From: a virus
Length of the DNA stretch: 64,000 bases
Virus record (IMG/VR): IMGVR_UViG_3300042878_001826
Location: 32,001-96,000 of that record
Strand: one strand, 5' to 3'
Shown here: piece after piece, positions 9,390 to 20,226 of the stretch
How the letters are laid out: every line of letters begins with the position of its first letter
Position numbering within the stretch: the first letter of the stretch is position 1
The notes under the pieces: generated by a model
The model's input: only the letters and a program-made list of their open reading frames with translations
Database searches by the model: none
Told to the model about the DNA's origin: nothing
Program-made: the position numbers and the translations under genes

Positions 9390-10460
9390 ATGAGCAAAGA
9401 CTACTACAGCGTTTTAGGAGTAGATAGAAACGCAACAGAAGAACAGATCAAAAAAGCTTATCGAAAGAAAGCGATGGAGTTCCATCCTGATAAAAATCCA
9501 GGAAACCCAGCGGCTGAAACAAAATTCAAAGAAGCTGCAGAAGCTTATGATGTACTTTCAGATGCTGGTAAAAAGTCTAACTACGACAACTTTGGTTCTG
9601 CAACAGGAAATCCTTTTGGTGGAGGTGGTGGAAACCCATTCGGTGGTGGAGGTCATGGATTCAATATGGATGACATCTTTTCACAATTTGGTGACATATT
9701 TGGAAACAGAGGTGGTGGAAAACAACAAAGAAGAAAAGCAAGAGGTTCTGATTTAAGAATCAAAGTTGTTTTGAATATTGATGAGATATTGAAAGGATGT
9801 ACTAAGAAACTTAGGTATAAAAGACATACTAAATGTGATCCTTGTGCTGGAAAAGGTGGTACTGACGTAAGAGAATGTTTGGCTTGTAAAGGAAGTGGAC
9901 ATAGAACGGTTGTTCAGAATACACCATTTGGACAAATGAGAACAGAAACAACTTGTCCTGATTGTAGAGGTACAGGAAGTATAATAAGAAATCAATGTAA
10001 TCATTGTCATGGAGAAGGAACTCAACTTAAAGAACAGGTTATTGATGTTGAAGTACCTGTAGGAGTATCAAACGGAATGCAACTTAATATGCAAGGGTAT
10101 GGTAATGATGTAAGAGATGGTGTTGCTGGCGACCTACATATATTAGTGGAAGAAGCACAAGACTTTTCATATAAGAGAGAAGGAAACAATTTGATAGTAG
10201 AAAAGACTATATCTGTTATAGATGCAATCTGTGGTGCACACGTCAAAGTATCTACTCCGCACGGAGAGCAATCTCTGTATATCGAACCAGGAACTGAACA
10301 TGGTAGAACTGCTAGAATAGGTGGTAAAGGTATTCCAGATATACATTATGGATTGGGAGATTTGTTTATAAAAATATCAATAAAGATTCCTAGAAACATA
10401 GATATGGACGAGCAACACATACTCGAAAAACTAAAAGATTCCAAAAACTTTCAAGTATAA
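9390..10460 (+). CDS. dnaJ: Class A J-domain chaperone DnaJ
   Basis: J domain with HPD, G/F-rich linker, four CxxCxGxG repeats, C-terminal domain. Confidence 0.97.
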   Translation: MSKDYYSVLGVDRNATEEQIKKAYRKKAMEFHPDKNPGNPAAETKFKEAAEAYDVLSDAGKKSNYDNFGSATGNPFGGGGGNPFGGGGHGFNMDDIFSQFGDIFGNRGGGKQQRRKARGSDLRIKVVLNIDEILKGCTKKLRYKRHTKCDPCAGKGGTDVRECLACKGSGHRTVVQNTPFGQMRTETTCPDCRGTGSIIRNQCNHCHGEGTQLKEQVIDVEVPVGVSNGMQLNMQGYGNDVRDGVAGDLHILVEEAQDFSYKREGNNLIVEKTISVIDAICGAHVKVSTPHGEQSLYIEPGTEHGRTARIGGKGIPDIHYGLGDLFIKISIKIPRNIDMDEQHILEKLKDSKNFQV

Positions 10461-10493
10461 GAAAAGCCACTCATTTGAGTGGCTTTCTTTTTT
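10461..10493. terminator. Bidirectional intrinsic terminator
   Basis: AAAGCCACTCA-TT-TGAGTGGCTTT followed by a T-tract, between convergent genes. Confidence 0.85.
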
Positions 10494-10668
10494 AGTAAGC
10501 TAATGCTTTATGTTTAGGATTTCTGTTATAATCCTTTGCAGATTTATGCACTTTATGTTTGGCAACCCAACCAGTAGAGTTTTCAAGTTCCATCTCTCTA
10601 GATGCTTTCTTGTACACAGTTAAGATTTGATCTTGTGTGATTTTTCCGATTTTGATTACTCCTTTCAT
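10492..10668 (-). CDS. 58 aa basic protein, ArfA-like ribosome rescue peptide candidate (missing from ORF track)
   Basis: MKGVIKIGKITQDQILTVYKKASREMELENSTGWVAKHKVHKSAKDYNRNPKHKALAY; own promoter TTG-N19-TATCTTTG at 10727..10698. Confidence 0.7.
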   Translation of the reverse strand: MKGVIKIGKITQDQILTVYKKASREMELENSTGWVAKHKVHKSAKDYNRNPKHKALAY

Positions 10669-10745
10669 AGTTTCTCTGTTGTTTGTTGTTTGTCTTACAA
10701 AGATACGGACAATATTCTAATATCCAAAAATATTTTATACATTTT

Positions 10746-13700
10746 CTATTCATACAAGCTACTTGTACGATAAATATTTCGATGAAAGACAAGACATCCT
10801 GTTGGATACGTCGCATATGTTGTCGGGCTCGTCGAGTATGTAGTTCCTACAGTTAGTAGAGTTGTACTATAGAGAGTATTATTAAAACCGTTGATGAAAT
10901 TTGAACAACGAATAGCACCACTATTTGAGCTGTAGTATGTTCCGGTTGCTGTAGTCAAGAATGCCCTTAGATAAACAAAGTGAATTGGGTATGGTGCACC
11001 GACAACACCATCCCAAGGAGTTCCTGGTAAAATACCCATAATATTTGGCGTTGTCGTCTTACCTGAGATGGCATATGCAACCGAATCGGATAAGGTAGGT
11101 GTAGTCGATGTAGTCGACCAACAAACTCCAGAGCTCAATACGGTTTCTCCACCATATATCGAATTAGAAAACGTCATAGAAACATATCCCTGTGGTGCAA
11201 CATAAGCAGAATTTACTGCCTGTTCTGCCATTTGATATACCAACGGTAAAGCGTCAATAGATATCGAAGTACGTCTCCAGTCTCTATTATAATCGAAGTC
11301 CCACGGACTATATGTTGCCGGCTCCCATTCTCGTTCCCACCAACCACGTCTCCACCAAGGAGTATATTCTTCATCCCATGTCGTATCCCAGACCCCTACA
11401 TCTACTGCGTTAGTTGCCAACCTGAAGGCCCTTACTTTTTTGATGCCTGACTTACCATCCGACTTTTGATATCCTACAGATGGAACTGATGCCTCTGAGC
11501 ACGAGTAATAGTATGCAGTGGCTGCGTTTATTTCTGTTGATGTCCAATATGAACCTGCCAATGAATCAGATCCGAGTACAGTATTTACTATACTCCCAGC
11601 GTTGAATGCTTGATTCATTTCAAATACAGATGGTAAATACCAATCTGTGAATCCACCACCAGTATAGTTGTCACATAACTTAGCTGCAGAAGTTGTGTGT
11701 CCACTTTGTCCGATTATACTTGTCTGATTATTTTCTCCTTTGAAGTCCGAAGTTGCATTAGAAACCACTGACGTTATGTTTGACCATTGAGAATTTGCAC
11801 TTACATCTTCTAAAGACATTATAAGATAGTTGAATATAGTTTTAGGATAATACCACATTGCGACTATTATTCCACCACCATATAGCTCCCCGATATATCT
11901 ATAGTTGTTAGGTCTTGAAAAAATTGAGTTTTTGTCTACCCATTTTGAATATCCAACGGAGTTTAGTTTTAATATCTTTTCGTTACTAATCTCACCTATT
12001 TCAAGTGATAAGTTTTGTGATATTGAGAATGTGGGATTTCCATTTATCTCATGAGAGAAGAATTTGTTTGCATCATTAAAGTTGTCAAATCTGAATTTAT
12101 CAGTATCGTAATTATTTCTTACTTCACCATAACTAATAGATTTGTTATATATCTGAATACTTGCCAATGATCCTTTTAGAGGATTTACTGCAGTTGAATA
12201 TCTACCGACAATAACATCACCGGCAATACCTGTTGCCATTGTGAATGTGGATGGAGCAGAAGAGTTTATATCAAGTACGGAATCTATATATGTCTTTAGA
12301 TTTTTAGTTGTATTGTCAAAAGTAGCACAGACATGAGTCCATTTGTTCAAATCTATACCTTTTGTACCAACCTTATCAACAATAACAGTTAAGTTTTTTA
12401 GTCTTACTCCTATTGTACTCAAAGTAGTTCCTAAAACTTGATAAACTTCCCATGGACCACTGGTTGCACCGGTTGTATTCCATCTTACTATTATCGTGGA
12501 ATTTCTTCTTTCTGTTAATTTTACCCAAAAAGAAACCGAAAGGTTCTGAATAGCTTGAAAGTCGACAGAGTTTGCCCATGCTAAATATGGATTTGTAGCA
12601 ATAGTTCCTGGAAAGATTAGTTCTTTTCCATTGTATAAAGTGTTTGTTCTTTGAACTGCAGGTATTGTTGTAGTACCTGAGATAGTAAGAGTTGCGCTTC
12701 TCACATTACCACTTAGGTCGGTAACCGTTCCACTTATTGTTCCATCACCAGAATAAGAGTTCGTATTGTCGAAGTCTATACTTGTAAAGATATTGTTGTC
12801 TAATAACTTAGGTAGAATCTCATATCTTTTCTTCTCTACGCTGTAGTTCTTCATTATTTCGTCTTTTGTAAGTGCTCTATTATAAATTCTAAACACAGAC
12901 ATATCCATTGGCATTATATAATTAAGGGCTGCTCTGAAACCACCAATTCTTCCTTGACCAGAATTGAAGTTTGCAGTGGTGGCACTTGGTGTTGATGTAG
13001 GAAACTGTTGAGAAAGTATCTGCTCGTTTCCATTTATATAAATCTTATTGTTTGATAAAATATTTGGAGCAGTTCCAAGGGCTGCCCCTGTCTTCATCTC
13101 AAAAACATAATGATTCCAGTTATCAACCAGATTAAGTTTAGCTACTTGAGTAGTCGATATTCCATATAAATCTGAACTATTTGTATTGAATCCTAAATGT
13201 CCGCTCGCGCAATATACATCATATTGATCCCAACCAAATATCATTTTTCCACTATATGCAGGTTTTAGTCTTACCCAAGCTTCTACAGTTACGGTAGTCG
13301 TGTTTCCAACGGTTGTCTGAAAATCTACATAGGAATTCCCATTAAATCTAATGAATCCGCTCTCACTTGGTAAGTATACCGGCCCTGTAGGTGGAGTTCC
13401 ACCAACATTTGTTCTTACATAGATGTTATCTACGCTAGGTCCGGATTTGGTTACCGAATCGACATAACTTGCATTTGGTGCTGTTATCTTTATGGATATG
13501 TTCTTTCCACTGAATTGACTCAATTGTATGTGCACTGATGCACCAGTACCACTATTGTTGTTTCCAACGGTATTTGTTATTTGGGTTAGTAGAAAGTATG
13601 CTCCAGGTGTTCCTCCCGAATTGATAGAGACATATACGTTTACAGTAGCACTTACAGTGCTTTTGACGGTACTTTGGTCGAGAGTATCGAATTGTAGGTA

Positions 13701-15824
13701 AGCATATGATGACCCTACTGCGAAATAGTTTGAAACCAAAGATGATTCTCCGGTATTGTTGTATAAAGTTGGAGTAGTCGTTCCGGTTATTTTTGTAAAA
13801 CCCCAAGCACCGACTAACCTATAAGCCAAGCTATCTAAGTTACCTCCAGTGTTTAGATCTGCAAGTATATTTGTAATAGTTCCTCCTGATACCGAATTAG
13901 GGAAAGCGGATAGATTGAACAAATATGATGAATTCAATCCACCATTAACCAAATCTTTCCATTTGGTATATACTCCTAGGTTTAGATAGTCTACATCAGA
14001 GAAAGACTTTTTGATTGTAGAATCTAGATTCATTATCAATCCGTCACCTGTATAGACAGACTCTTTTCTTACTGCTCTTACTCTTCCAAAGCTTGATTTG
14101 TTTTTAAAATAGTAATCAGCACCATTAGGAGTACCGGCAAAAGAATTAAAAGACATTGCAGCATTTGTGGAATTTGCTCCTCCAGATCCTGGTGGTCGAA
14201 AATATTCCGTTGATGTCCAATAATCTTTGATTAGGAAATTAAGACTATCATCCTTTAAAACTTTATTTATTATAGCTGCATTATTGAAGACTTGGTTTAG
14301 TTCGTAGTATGATGGTAGATACCAGTCATCATAACCAGAACCTCTATAATCAGCACAAACTTTTGCAGCACTATAGATTGTATTTAACGAGTTAGATTGT
14401 GCGATTATCACATCACTATTCAAATCTCCGTTATAAAGACTTTGTGCCAAAGCACCTACGGTTGTACCCTGTGCTGCACCTGCAGCCCATCTGATATCTT
14501 GTATATAGGTCAGAGGTTCATAGTTCAATCCTGTTCCTGTAGAGTCGAACGAAATATTTACCACCTCTTGTGCAGCAGGTACGTTCTGACCAACACCTGA
14601 TGTTATTGGAGTCGTTTCAGAACCGACATAGTCTACATATATTCTGAATACACCCATCGTTCCTTGTCCCTGATTGTATAGTATTCGGTAGTTTGCTGCA
14701 AGGTATTGAGCATTGGAAGACATCGCAGGATAATAAAAATCTACAGCAACCACACGAAAGACATTGACGACAGAAGTCGTAGTAGACTTTATTCTAAGCA
14801 ATCCTTTTTGTACAACATTTGAATAGGTATACCCACCAGGAATGGTAGTAAATGAACCAGCACCTGCCGCTTCATTTGGAACTAATCCAGATCCACCACC
14901 AGTTCCGTTTAAAGATAGGAAAAAGCCAGCCTGATCTACCAGATTTATATCTAAGTTGTGTATACATATAATAGCAACATTTTGAAGATTTCCACCACCA
15001 TATGGACCAGATCCATTTAAATCGTGATAGGTTAAGAATTTATTCGTTGAGGTGGATGTTCCAGGATTATCTAAAGTAGCATTAGTACCCATTTTGTATG
15101 GAATGGTTGTGATAGTTCCAATCGAGCCCGCACCATCTTCTGTAGTGATGTCCTCGTTCGATACGATAAGAACTTTTTCATCTTCTGCTTCTTTCCAAAC
15201 TGCCGCGACTATTCCTCCTCCATATTTCTCTCCTATGTAGTGACCAAATGAGAAAAGAGACTTTACTGGTTTCCAAGTAGCCAACCCTGAAGAATCGGAT
15301 GTCAATACTCTTTCAACACCCTCACTTGCATCTCTTATTTGTAAAGGATCGTAGAATCCTACCGTAGTATCTGATATATAGTATCCATGTGCATCGGATG
15401 CACCGTATGTAGATATAGAAAATTGTGCACCATACTTATTTACATTAGCGGCAAATATGTCGTAGTATCCAGAACAATATGCCCTAACATAGTAAGTAGT
15501 GTTTGGTAACAGAGTATCTATCTTCACACTATAGTCCCAATTTATTGAAGAAGCAGCGGCGCTATAAATTTCGGGTTTCATCAAAGAATCAATAACCTGT
15601 CCGGATATTGGTACTAAAGTATCAGTAGTGGTTGTATTTGAAATGGATTGTGCAGTTGTTATTGATATTGGTTGTGTACTATAAATAAAACCTAATCTTA
15701 TATTAGTAATTCCTGGTCCAAAAGAACTCGGAATAAAAAATCCTGTTCCTTTTGCGATTATCGAGCTATCTAATCTATTGGTTAATTCTATAGTTACTGA
15801 ACCTAATTGTGCTGATGTTGCCAT
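10746..15824 (-). CDS. Large adhesin/tail-fibre-like protein with two DUF1566 (Lcl/CLec-like) and two LamG-like domains
   Basis: Repeated YIGE(K/L)YGGGI, DWYLPS..E(L/M)NQ, YWTSTE, VRA(V/F)R; LamG-like W(N/T)H(Y/V) and (R/Q)IYN(R/K) motifs; S/T/G/N-rich. Confidence 0.8.
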   Translation of the reverse strand: MATSAQLGSVTIELTNRLDSSIIAKGTGFFIPSSFGPGITNIRLGFIYSTQPISITTAQSISNTTTTDTLVPISGQVIDSLMKPEIYSAAASSINWDYSVKIDTLLPNTTYYVRAYCSGYYDIFAANVNKYGAQFSISTYGASDAHGYYISDTTVGFYDPLQIRDASEGVERVLTSDSSGLATWKPVKSLFSFGHYIGEKYGGGIVAAVWKEAEDEKVLIVSNEDITTEDGAGSIGTITTIPYKMGTNATLDNPGTSTSTNKFLTYHDLNGSGPYGGGNLQNVAIICIHNLDINLVDQAGFFLSLNGTGGGSGLVPNEAAGAGSFTTIPGGYTYSNVVQKGLLRIKSTTTSVVNVFRVVAVDFYYPAMSSNAQYLAANYRILYNQGQGTMGVFRIYVDYVGSETTPITSGVGQNVPAAQEVVNISFDSTGTGLNYEPLTYIQDIRWAAGAAQGTTVGALAQSLYNGDLNSDVIIAQSNSLNTIYSAAKVCADYRGSGYDDWYLPSYYELNQVFNNAAIINKVLKDDSLNFLIKDYWTSTEYFRPPGSGGANSTNAAMSFNSFAGTPNGADYYFKNKSSFGRVRAVRKESVYTGDGLIMNLDSTIKKSFSDVDYLNLGVYTKWKDLVNGGLNSSYLFNLSAFPNSVSGGTITNILADLNTGGNLDSLAYRLVGAWGFTKITGTTTPTLYNNTGESSLVSNYFAVGSSYAYLQFDTLDQSTVKSTVSATVNVYVSINSGGTPGAYFLLTQITNTVGNNNSGTGASVHIQLSQFSGKNISIKITAPNASYVDSVTKSGPSVDNIYVRTNVGGTPPTGPVYLPSESGFIRFNGNSYVDFQTTVGNTTTVTVEAWVRLKPAYSGKMIFGWDQYDVYCASGHLGFNTNSSDLYGISTTQVAKLNLVDNWNHYVFEMKTGAALGTAPNILSNNKIYINGNEQILSQQFPTSTPSATTANFNSGQGRIGGFRAALNYIMPMDMSVFRIYNRALTKDEIMKNYSVEKKRYEILPKLLDNNIFTSIDFDNTNSYSGDGTISGTVTDLSGNVRSATLTISGTTTIPAVQRTNTLYNGKELIFPGTIATNPYLAWANSVDFQAIQNLSVSFWVKLTERRNSTIIVRWNTTGATSGPWEVYQVLGTTLSTIGVRLKNLTVIVDKVGTKGIDLNKWTHVCATFDNTTKNLKTYIDSVLDINSSAPSTFTMATGIAGDVIVGRYSTAVNPLKGSLASIQIYNKSISYGEVRNNYDTDKFRFDNFNDANKFFSHEINGNPTFSISQNLSLEIGEISNEKILKLNSVGYSKWVDKNSIFSRPNNYRYIGELYGGGIIVAMWYYPKTIFNYLIMSLEDVSANSQWSNITSVVSNATSDFKGENNQTSIIGQSGHTTSAAKLCDNYTGGGFTDWYLPSVFEMNQAFNAGSIVNTVLGSDSLAGSYWTSTEINAATAYYYSCSEASVPSVGYQKSDGKSGIKKVRAFRLATNAVDVGVWDTTWDEEYTPWWRRGWWEREWEPATYSPWDFDYNRDWRRTSISIDALPLVYQMAEQAVNSAYVAPQGYVSMTFSNSIYGGETVLSSGVCWSTTSTTPTLSDSVAYAISGKTTTPNIMGILPGTPWDGVVGAPYPIHFVYLRAFLTTATGTYYSSNSGAIRCSNFINGFNNTLYSTTLLTVGTTYSTSPTTYATYPTGCLVFHRNIYRTSSLYE

Positions 15825-15831
15825 AATTTAT

Positions 15832-17349
15832 TTAAGATTTATTTAGTATTTGACTTACGTTTGCCACAAATTCCTGTGAATAAAACGGTGCTCCTGATCC
15901 ATAATTGCTCGAAAGAAAGTTGAAATCAAGAACAACAACGATTGCACCTTTTGGTGCCAAAGACAAAGATCCGGTTTTCCAAACGACTGCGTGCCCTGTT
16001 AATGAATCTATTGGATTTTTTGTAATAGGAGTTCCTGTTCCTATCGAAGAAAATCTACCGATGGCTGCAAAAGTAACGGTATTTCTGTTGTTTGCGATAA
16101 GAAATTCACTTTCTATATTCAATGAATTGTTAATACTTTGATTGGAGGACTGTATGTTTCCACCACCGAGATTTGTTATGAAACTTGCCAAATCATTATT
16201 TCGTGGTGTATAGTTTTGTGCATTCTCACCTAATATGAAAAGACCACCACCCTGTTGAAGATATGTTGTGTATTTTGTGGCAGCCCCAGTAGGAACCAGT
16301 AATGTTTGCACAGCGGCACCACCCTCTTGGACGTTTATATCCCATATATGGTCGTATTGTGAAAGATTTGCAGGAATACTAGAATAACTAGTTATAACCG
16401 TAACTGTGTTACCAAGCGAAACCTCTGTTGCGGTTATATTAGCAACCATTGAAGTGGCAAAATATGGCGCTGGTTGATCATAAACTATCAATACCTTGCC
16501 GGTTTTGTTTCTATCCTGAACCCAAGTTATTCCGTTCCATCTCTTAACATCTTGTCGAAATGGTCTTGTAAACTTATAGGAGTTTTTAGAAGCTGTGGCG
16601 AACCTAACTCCACCAACAACACCCATATTTAGAAAGTGTGCACTTCCTGCATTATATTCCGTCGAAGTCCAATAGCCTGTTGTTAAAATTCCGGCAGATT
16701 CATTTGCATTTACGAATAGGTCCATATTCGAAAATGCTCCAGTTGAAATATTTTCAATAAGCGATAGTCCTTTATCAGTCGCATATTGAGAAATAACCCT
16801 ATCGACTATGGCCGCATTGTTTGCCAAACAGTTGAGCTCAAAGGTTGAAGGTAAATACCAATCACCATAAACACCCAGACCATAAAGATCCGCATTGATA
16901 TAGTTTGCACACTTTGAAGCAGCCTTGTCTGCAGGATTAGTTGTACCAAGAGGTAAACCTTGATTTATTATAGCTACACTATTGCTGGCACCAAAAGTAT
17001 TTGATCTTGCAGTAGCTCCAATCGCCAGATTTGCTATGTTAGACCATTGAAAATAAAAATACTCACCTTCACTATAAGGTTCACTATAGTTCTTTACAGA
17101 AGCGATTAGACATATTTCGTAAAGTGTCTCTCTCTGCTCTCTCCAAACCGCGACTACTATCCCACCACCATACAACTCTCCGATGAAATGATCCAATGGT
17201 TCTTCGTTACTACTATACTGATTAGGATTCTGCCAACTGGTATTACCATAGATGTCAGAAACGAGTATGTGTCCAGGATTGAAAGTCTTGTCGTCTATAA
17301 CCAAGTTTTGATTTATCCTAAAACTGGTTCTATTAAGTGAATGTCCCAT
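15832..17349 (-). CDS. DUF1566-domain virion/adhesin-like protein
   Basis: HFIGELYGGGIV, DWYLPSTFEL, YWTSTE, TRPFR; paralogous to the downstream gene; GAATATATA-N4-ATG upstream. Confidence 0.78.
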   Translation of the reverse strand: MGHSLNRTSFRINQNLVIDDKTFNPGHILVSDIYGNTSWQNPNQYSSNEEPLDHFIGELYGGGIVVAVWREQRETLYEICLIASVKNYSEPYSEGEYFYFQWSNIANLAIGATARSNTFGASNSVAIINQGLPLGTTNPADKAASKCANYINADLYGLGVYGDWYLPSTFELNCLANNAAIVDRVISQYATDKGLSLIENISTGAFSNMDLFVNANESAGILTTGYWTSTEYNAGSAHFLNMGVVGGVRFATASKNSYKFTRPFRQDVKRWNGITWVQDRNKTGKVLIVYDQPAPYFATSMVANITATEVSLGNTVTVITSYSSIPANLSQYDHIWDINVQEGGAAVQTLLVPTGAATKYTTYLQQGGGLFILGENAQNYTPRNNDLASFITNLGGGNIQSSNQSINNSLNIESEFLIANNRNTVTFAAIGRFSSIGTGTPITKNPIDSLTGHAVVWKTGSLSLAPKGAIVVVLDFNFLSSNYGSGAPFYSQEFVANVSQILNKS

Positions 17350-17417
17350 AGTCTATATATTCAAAAACTAAATCCCGAATTGGTTTTTTAATATATAAAA
17401 GAAACTAATATTTCAAT

Positions 17418-18200
17418 ATGGCAGATGAATACGTACCATACCAAGGAGGACTTACGATAGACGAGTTTATCGATAGTATAAACACTGAGCTTACAATAGG
17501 ATGTTCACTTCCAAGAACATTACCAGATGCTATGATCAGACAGATAGTAGAGAAAAGAGCTTTACCTTGGTTCTATAGATCCTACCAATACGCCGTTCAG
17601 AAGATGTACTTTCTTGTTAAAAAAGAAGCTTTCTTCTCTGAAGAGTTTACAAAATACAACTACGTACAGGTTCCATGTGAGATTCAATCTGTAATCTACT
17701 TATACGAAGTAAGAGGTGATAGTCTTTTTCAGTTAGGTATAAATACTCCTAACCTTTCTGTGAACTTAGGGGTTACTAACCAACCATACTTGTCTTCTTA
17801 TGTTACAACAATCGGGGAGTTAGGTATGTACAAAACTTTATTAGACAATATGTCTGACTTATTGAACCAATTGAACAAATATACTTTGAAGTATCAGTTC
17901 AACCAGTTGAACCATAGACTTCACATTTTAACAAATGTTAAATATGATGTGATTATGGAAGCTTATGCTAATATACCACAGGAAAATCTTTTCAATGACG
18001 ATTTGTTCTTCAAATATTGTGTTGGGTATGCAAAAACTGCATTAGGAAATATGGTTGGAAGATATGATTTTACTTTGCCCGGTGGTGTGAAGATAGCATC
18101 AGCAGACTTAATCTCACAAGGAAAAGAAGAAGTAAAAGAAGTTGAAGAAGAAGTAAAAGGACAATCAAACTCAGCATGGTTCTTTATGGTGAAGAAATGA
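17418..18200 (+). CDS. T4 gp13-like neck (head-completion) protein
   Basis: C-terminal LGNMVGRYDFTLPGGVKI..LISQGKEE..VEEE resembles gp13; TAATATATA upstream (17389..17397). Confidence 0.72.
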   Translation: MADEYVPYQGGLTIDEFIDSINTELTIGCSLPRTLPDAMIRQIVEKRALPWFYRSYQYAVQKMYFLVKKEAFFSEEFTKYNYVQVPCEIQSVIYLYEVRGDSLFQLGINTPNLSVNLGVTNQPYLSSYVTTIGELGMYKTLLDNMSDLLNQLNKYTLKYQFNQLNHRLHILTNVKYDVIMEAYANIPQENLFNDDLFFKYCVGYAKTALGNMVGRYDFTLPGGVKIASADLISQGKEEVKEVEEEVKGQSNSAWFFMVKK

Positions 18201-18293
18201 CTTAACCTATTAATAATCAATAAGTTAGTACGTCGTGCTTGGAATAGACAAGAGGTCCAGACTAAGTAGAGAAGAAATAAAAAACTTAATATC

Positions 18294-18956
18294 ATGAAAT
18301 ACTTAAAGAGATATAACGAAAATTTTAAAGGTTTTGCTAATGTTGATACTAGTCAAGAAGCTTTCAATAGATGTCAAAACTTATCAGAGGACGAATTATT
18401 AAAAATATTAAGAGAAAATTGTAAAAACTTTTCACTTAGTAATGACCTTTTATATAGAAATAAAGAATATTCTGGTGATTTTCAATTATTTAAACCATAT
18501 AAAAGAAGAGCAAACCCAGTAACTTTTCCAAAATTCTTTAATAGAATAGAAGACGATTCAAACTATCCCGTTAAAAGAAAGTTGTCTTTGATAGGTGGTA
18601 CGAATCCATCATTCATATCGGATTTGTTCCGGGATAAAATGGCAAGCAATATCAATAGCGATTCAGATTTTACAGTTTATATAGTTATACCATTTGATAA
18701 TTCTAAGATTGTTTTTTGTCCAGTTCCGGATTTATTATTTTTAGACGATAGAACAAAAGAAGAATATGTGAGTGGTGAGCCAGTTAGTGATAAAAACTTT
18801 GTGATGGTTGAATATACAAAAGACTTTAAAATTCCTGAGGAAGAGTTAAGTAAACTACCCGGTCATAAATCATCTCATTCGGGTTATGAGTTTTTTACAT
18901 CCAGTAATTGTTTACTAATTCATGAATCATATATAGATATTTTAAACCAAATTTAA
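18294..18956 (+). CDS. Hypothetical protein with capsid-targeting-like N-terminus (MKYLKRYNENF)
   Basis: Shared N-terminal motif; directly downstream of the neck gene. Confidence 0.7.
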   Translation: MKYLKRYNENFKGFANVDTSQEAFNRCQNLSEDELLKILRENCKNFSLSNDLLYRNKEYSGDFQLFKPYKRRANPVTFPKFFNRIEDDSNYPVKRKLSLIGGTNPSFISDLFRDKMASNINSDSDFTVYIVIPFDNSKIVFCPVPDLLFLDDRTKEEYVSGEPVSDKNFVMVEYTKDFKIPEEELSKLPGHKSSHSGYEFFTSSNCLLIHESYIDILNQI

Positions 18957-18970
18957 ATTAATAAAACCAG

Positions 18971-19222
18971 TCAATTGACTGGTTTTATTATTTCATCTAT
19001 TCTCATTTCTCTCCATTCGTCTAATGTAACGAAGTAGTTCGAAGCAGGCATGTATCTTTGTCCTTGATCGTTCATCACATCGACTATACTCATTCTATCA
19101 GGACCAAACTGATCCATAAGAACCGTATACTGCTTTCCGTAAGTAAATGTTTCCCAATTCTTTGTGATACAGACAATGATGTCGTCTCTTTTTAAGAGTT
19201 TAGTAGAAGATGTATTTTTCAT
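18971..19222 (-). CDS. Hypothetical protein with C-terminal REMRIDEII motif
   Basis: Coupled ORF carrying the shared C-terminal motif. Confidence 0.7.
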   Translation of the reverse strand: MKNTSSTKLLKRDDIIVCITKNWETFTYGKQYTVLMDQFGPDRMSIVDVMNDQGQRYMPASNYFVTLDEWREMRIDEIIKPVN

Positions 19223-19514
19223 CCTCTTTGATACAATAGATTGAGATAGGATAGATTCTCAAATCGTCGTTGCTTTCGTCAATCATAAATCTCATAGTAC
19301 CATCTATAATCTCAGGGTTGATTATCTTAACCGTTGCGTTGTGTAGTCCTTTAAGAACGGTATAAGAAACTTCATCCATTTCTTCAGTAAGAACCATATA
19401 GTTTTCTTTTCCCTGGATCTTTCCAGCCAATCCTTCGATGAAGTAAGACTTCTCGATTATTCCTCTGAGTGCATCTGTTGCAGAACACTCTACTTTAATT
19501 TCATGCTTTACCAT
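19200..19514 (-). CDS. Hypothetical protein
   Basis: 104 aa ORF. Confidence 0.65.
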   Translation of the reverse strand: MVKHEIKVECSATDALRGIIEKSYFIEGLAGKIQGKENYMVLTEEMDEVSYTVLKGLHNATVKIINPEIIDGTMRFMIDESNDDLRIYPISIYCIKEDEKYIFY

Positions 19515-19562
19515 TTCAAATCTTTTTGTTTATAGTCTTTGTATTGGTAAAATAGGAAAAGT

Positions 19563-19772
19563 TTACCCGTGATAAATGATGTTTATCGATGTTATCTCAG
19601 TATCATCACTTGGATAGATTTCTTTGAAGAGCTCATATCCTTCGTGTAAAGAATAGTTGTCAAATCCTTTGTTTATCTTTTTGATGATTGGGATAAGAGA
19701 ATTTATCTGCGTGTGTGTCACCTCAATCTTTTCACGACTCTCTTCTGTGTCTATTACTAAAAAACCTCTCAT
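19563..19772 (-). CDS. Hypothetical protein
   Basis: 69 aa ORF with AT-rich upstream element. Confidence 0.55.
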   Translation of the reverse strand: MRGFLVIDTEESREKIEVTHTQINSLIPIIKKINKGFDNYSLHEGYELFKEIYPSDDTEITSINIIYHG

Positions 19773-19808
19773 ATAAGTTCTTATTTTTACTTATATATAA
19801 GTTTTTTC

Positions 19809-20186
19809 TTACACCAATAGATTTTTTATTTCTTCAGAACCATCAGGATTCGCTGAATGTATTACGTATTCTGGGAATTTAATTTTTCTTTCATTACAAT
19901 AACTTAGCAAAAACTTAGCACAGTCTAATCCAGTATAAACACGATTCTCGTCAAGATTAAACCATTCTTCAAATGGTAGACTTTCTTTAAGTTCTACAAC
20001 ATCTGCTAAGTCATAATCAAATGTTACCAAATCTGGAACACCATTATCTTCTATCCATTTTATGAATTGACCATATGAACGAACTATTTCCCATTCTTCA
20101 TGGAATATACGACAATCTGCCCTATGATACATATAAGTAGCACAATCTCTGGGAATACGCCAATCGTCTAAAAATAATCGTTTCAT
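19809..20186 (-). CDS. Cyclic-phosphate-processing receiver-like domain protein
   Basis: LFLDDWRIP, WEIVRSY, TFDYDL, TGLDCAKFL, IHSANPDG; TATGTTTG box at 20198..20191. Confidence 0.78.
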   Translation of the reverse strand: MKRLFLDDWRIPRDCATYMYHRADCRIFHEEWEIVRSYGQFIKWIEDNGVPDLVTFDYDLADVVELKESLPFEEWFNLDENRVYTGLDCAKFLLSYCNERKIKFPEYVIHSANPDGSEEIKNLLV

Positions 20187-20226
20187 AGTGCAAACATAAG
20201 GATAAATTTTAATATATATATTATGA

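Noticed and set aside
10746-17349. Diversity-generating retroelement targeting the DUF1566 domains
   Set aside because: No reverse transcriptase and no near-identical template/variable repeat pair differing at adenines was seen in this window. One elsewhere in the genome cannot be excluded.
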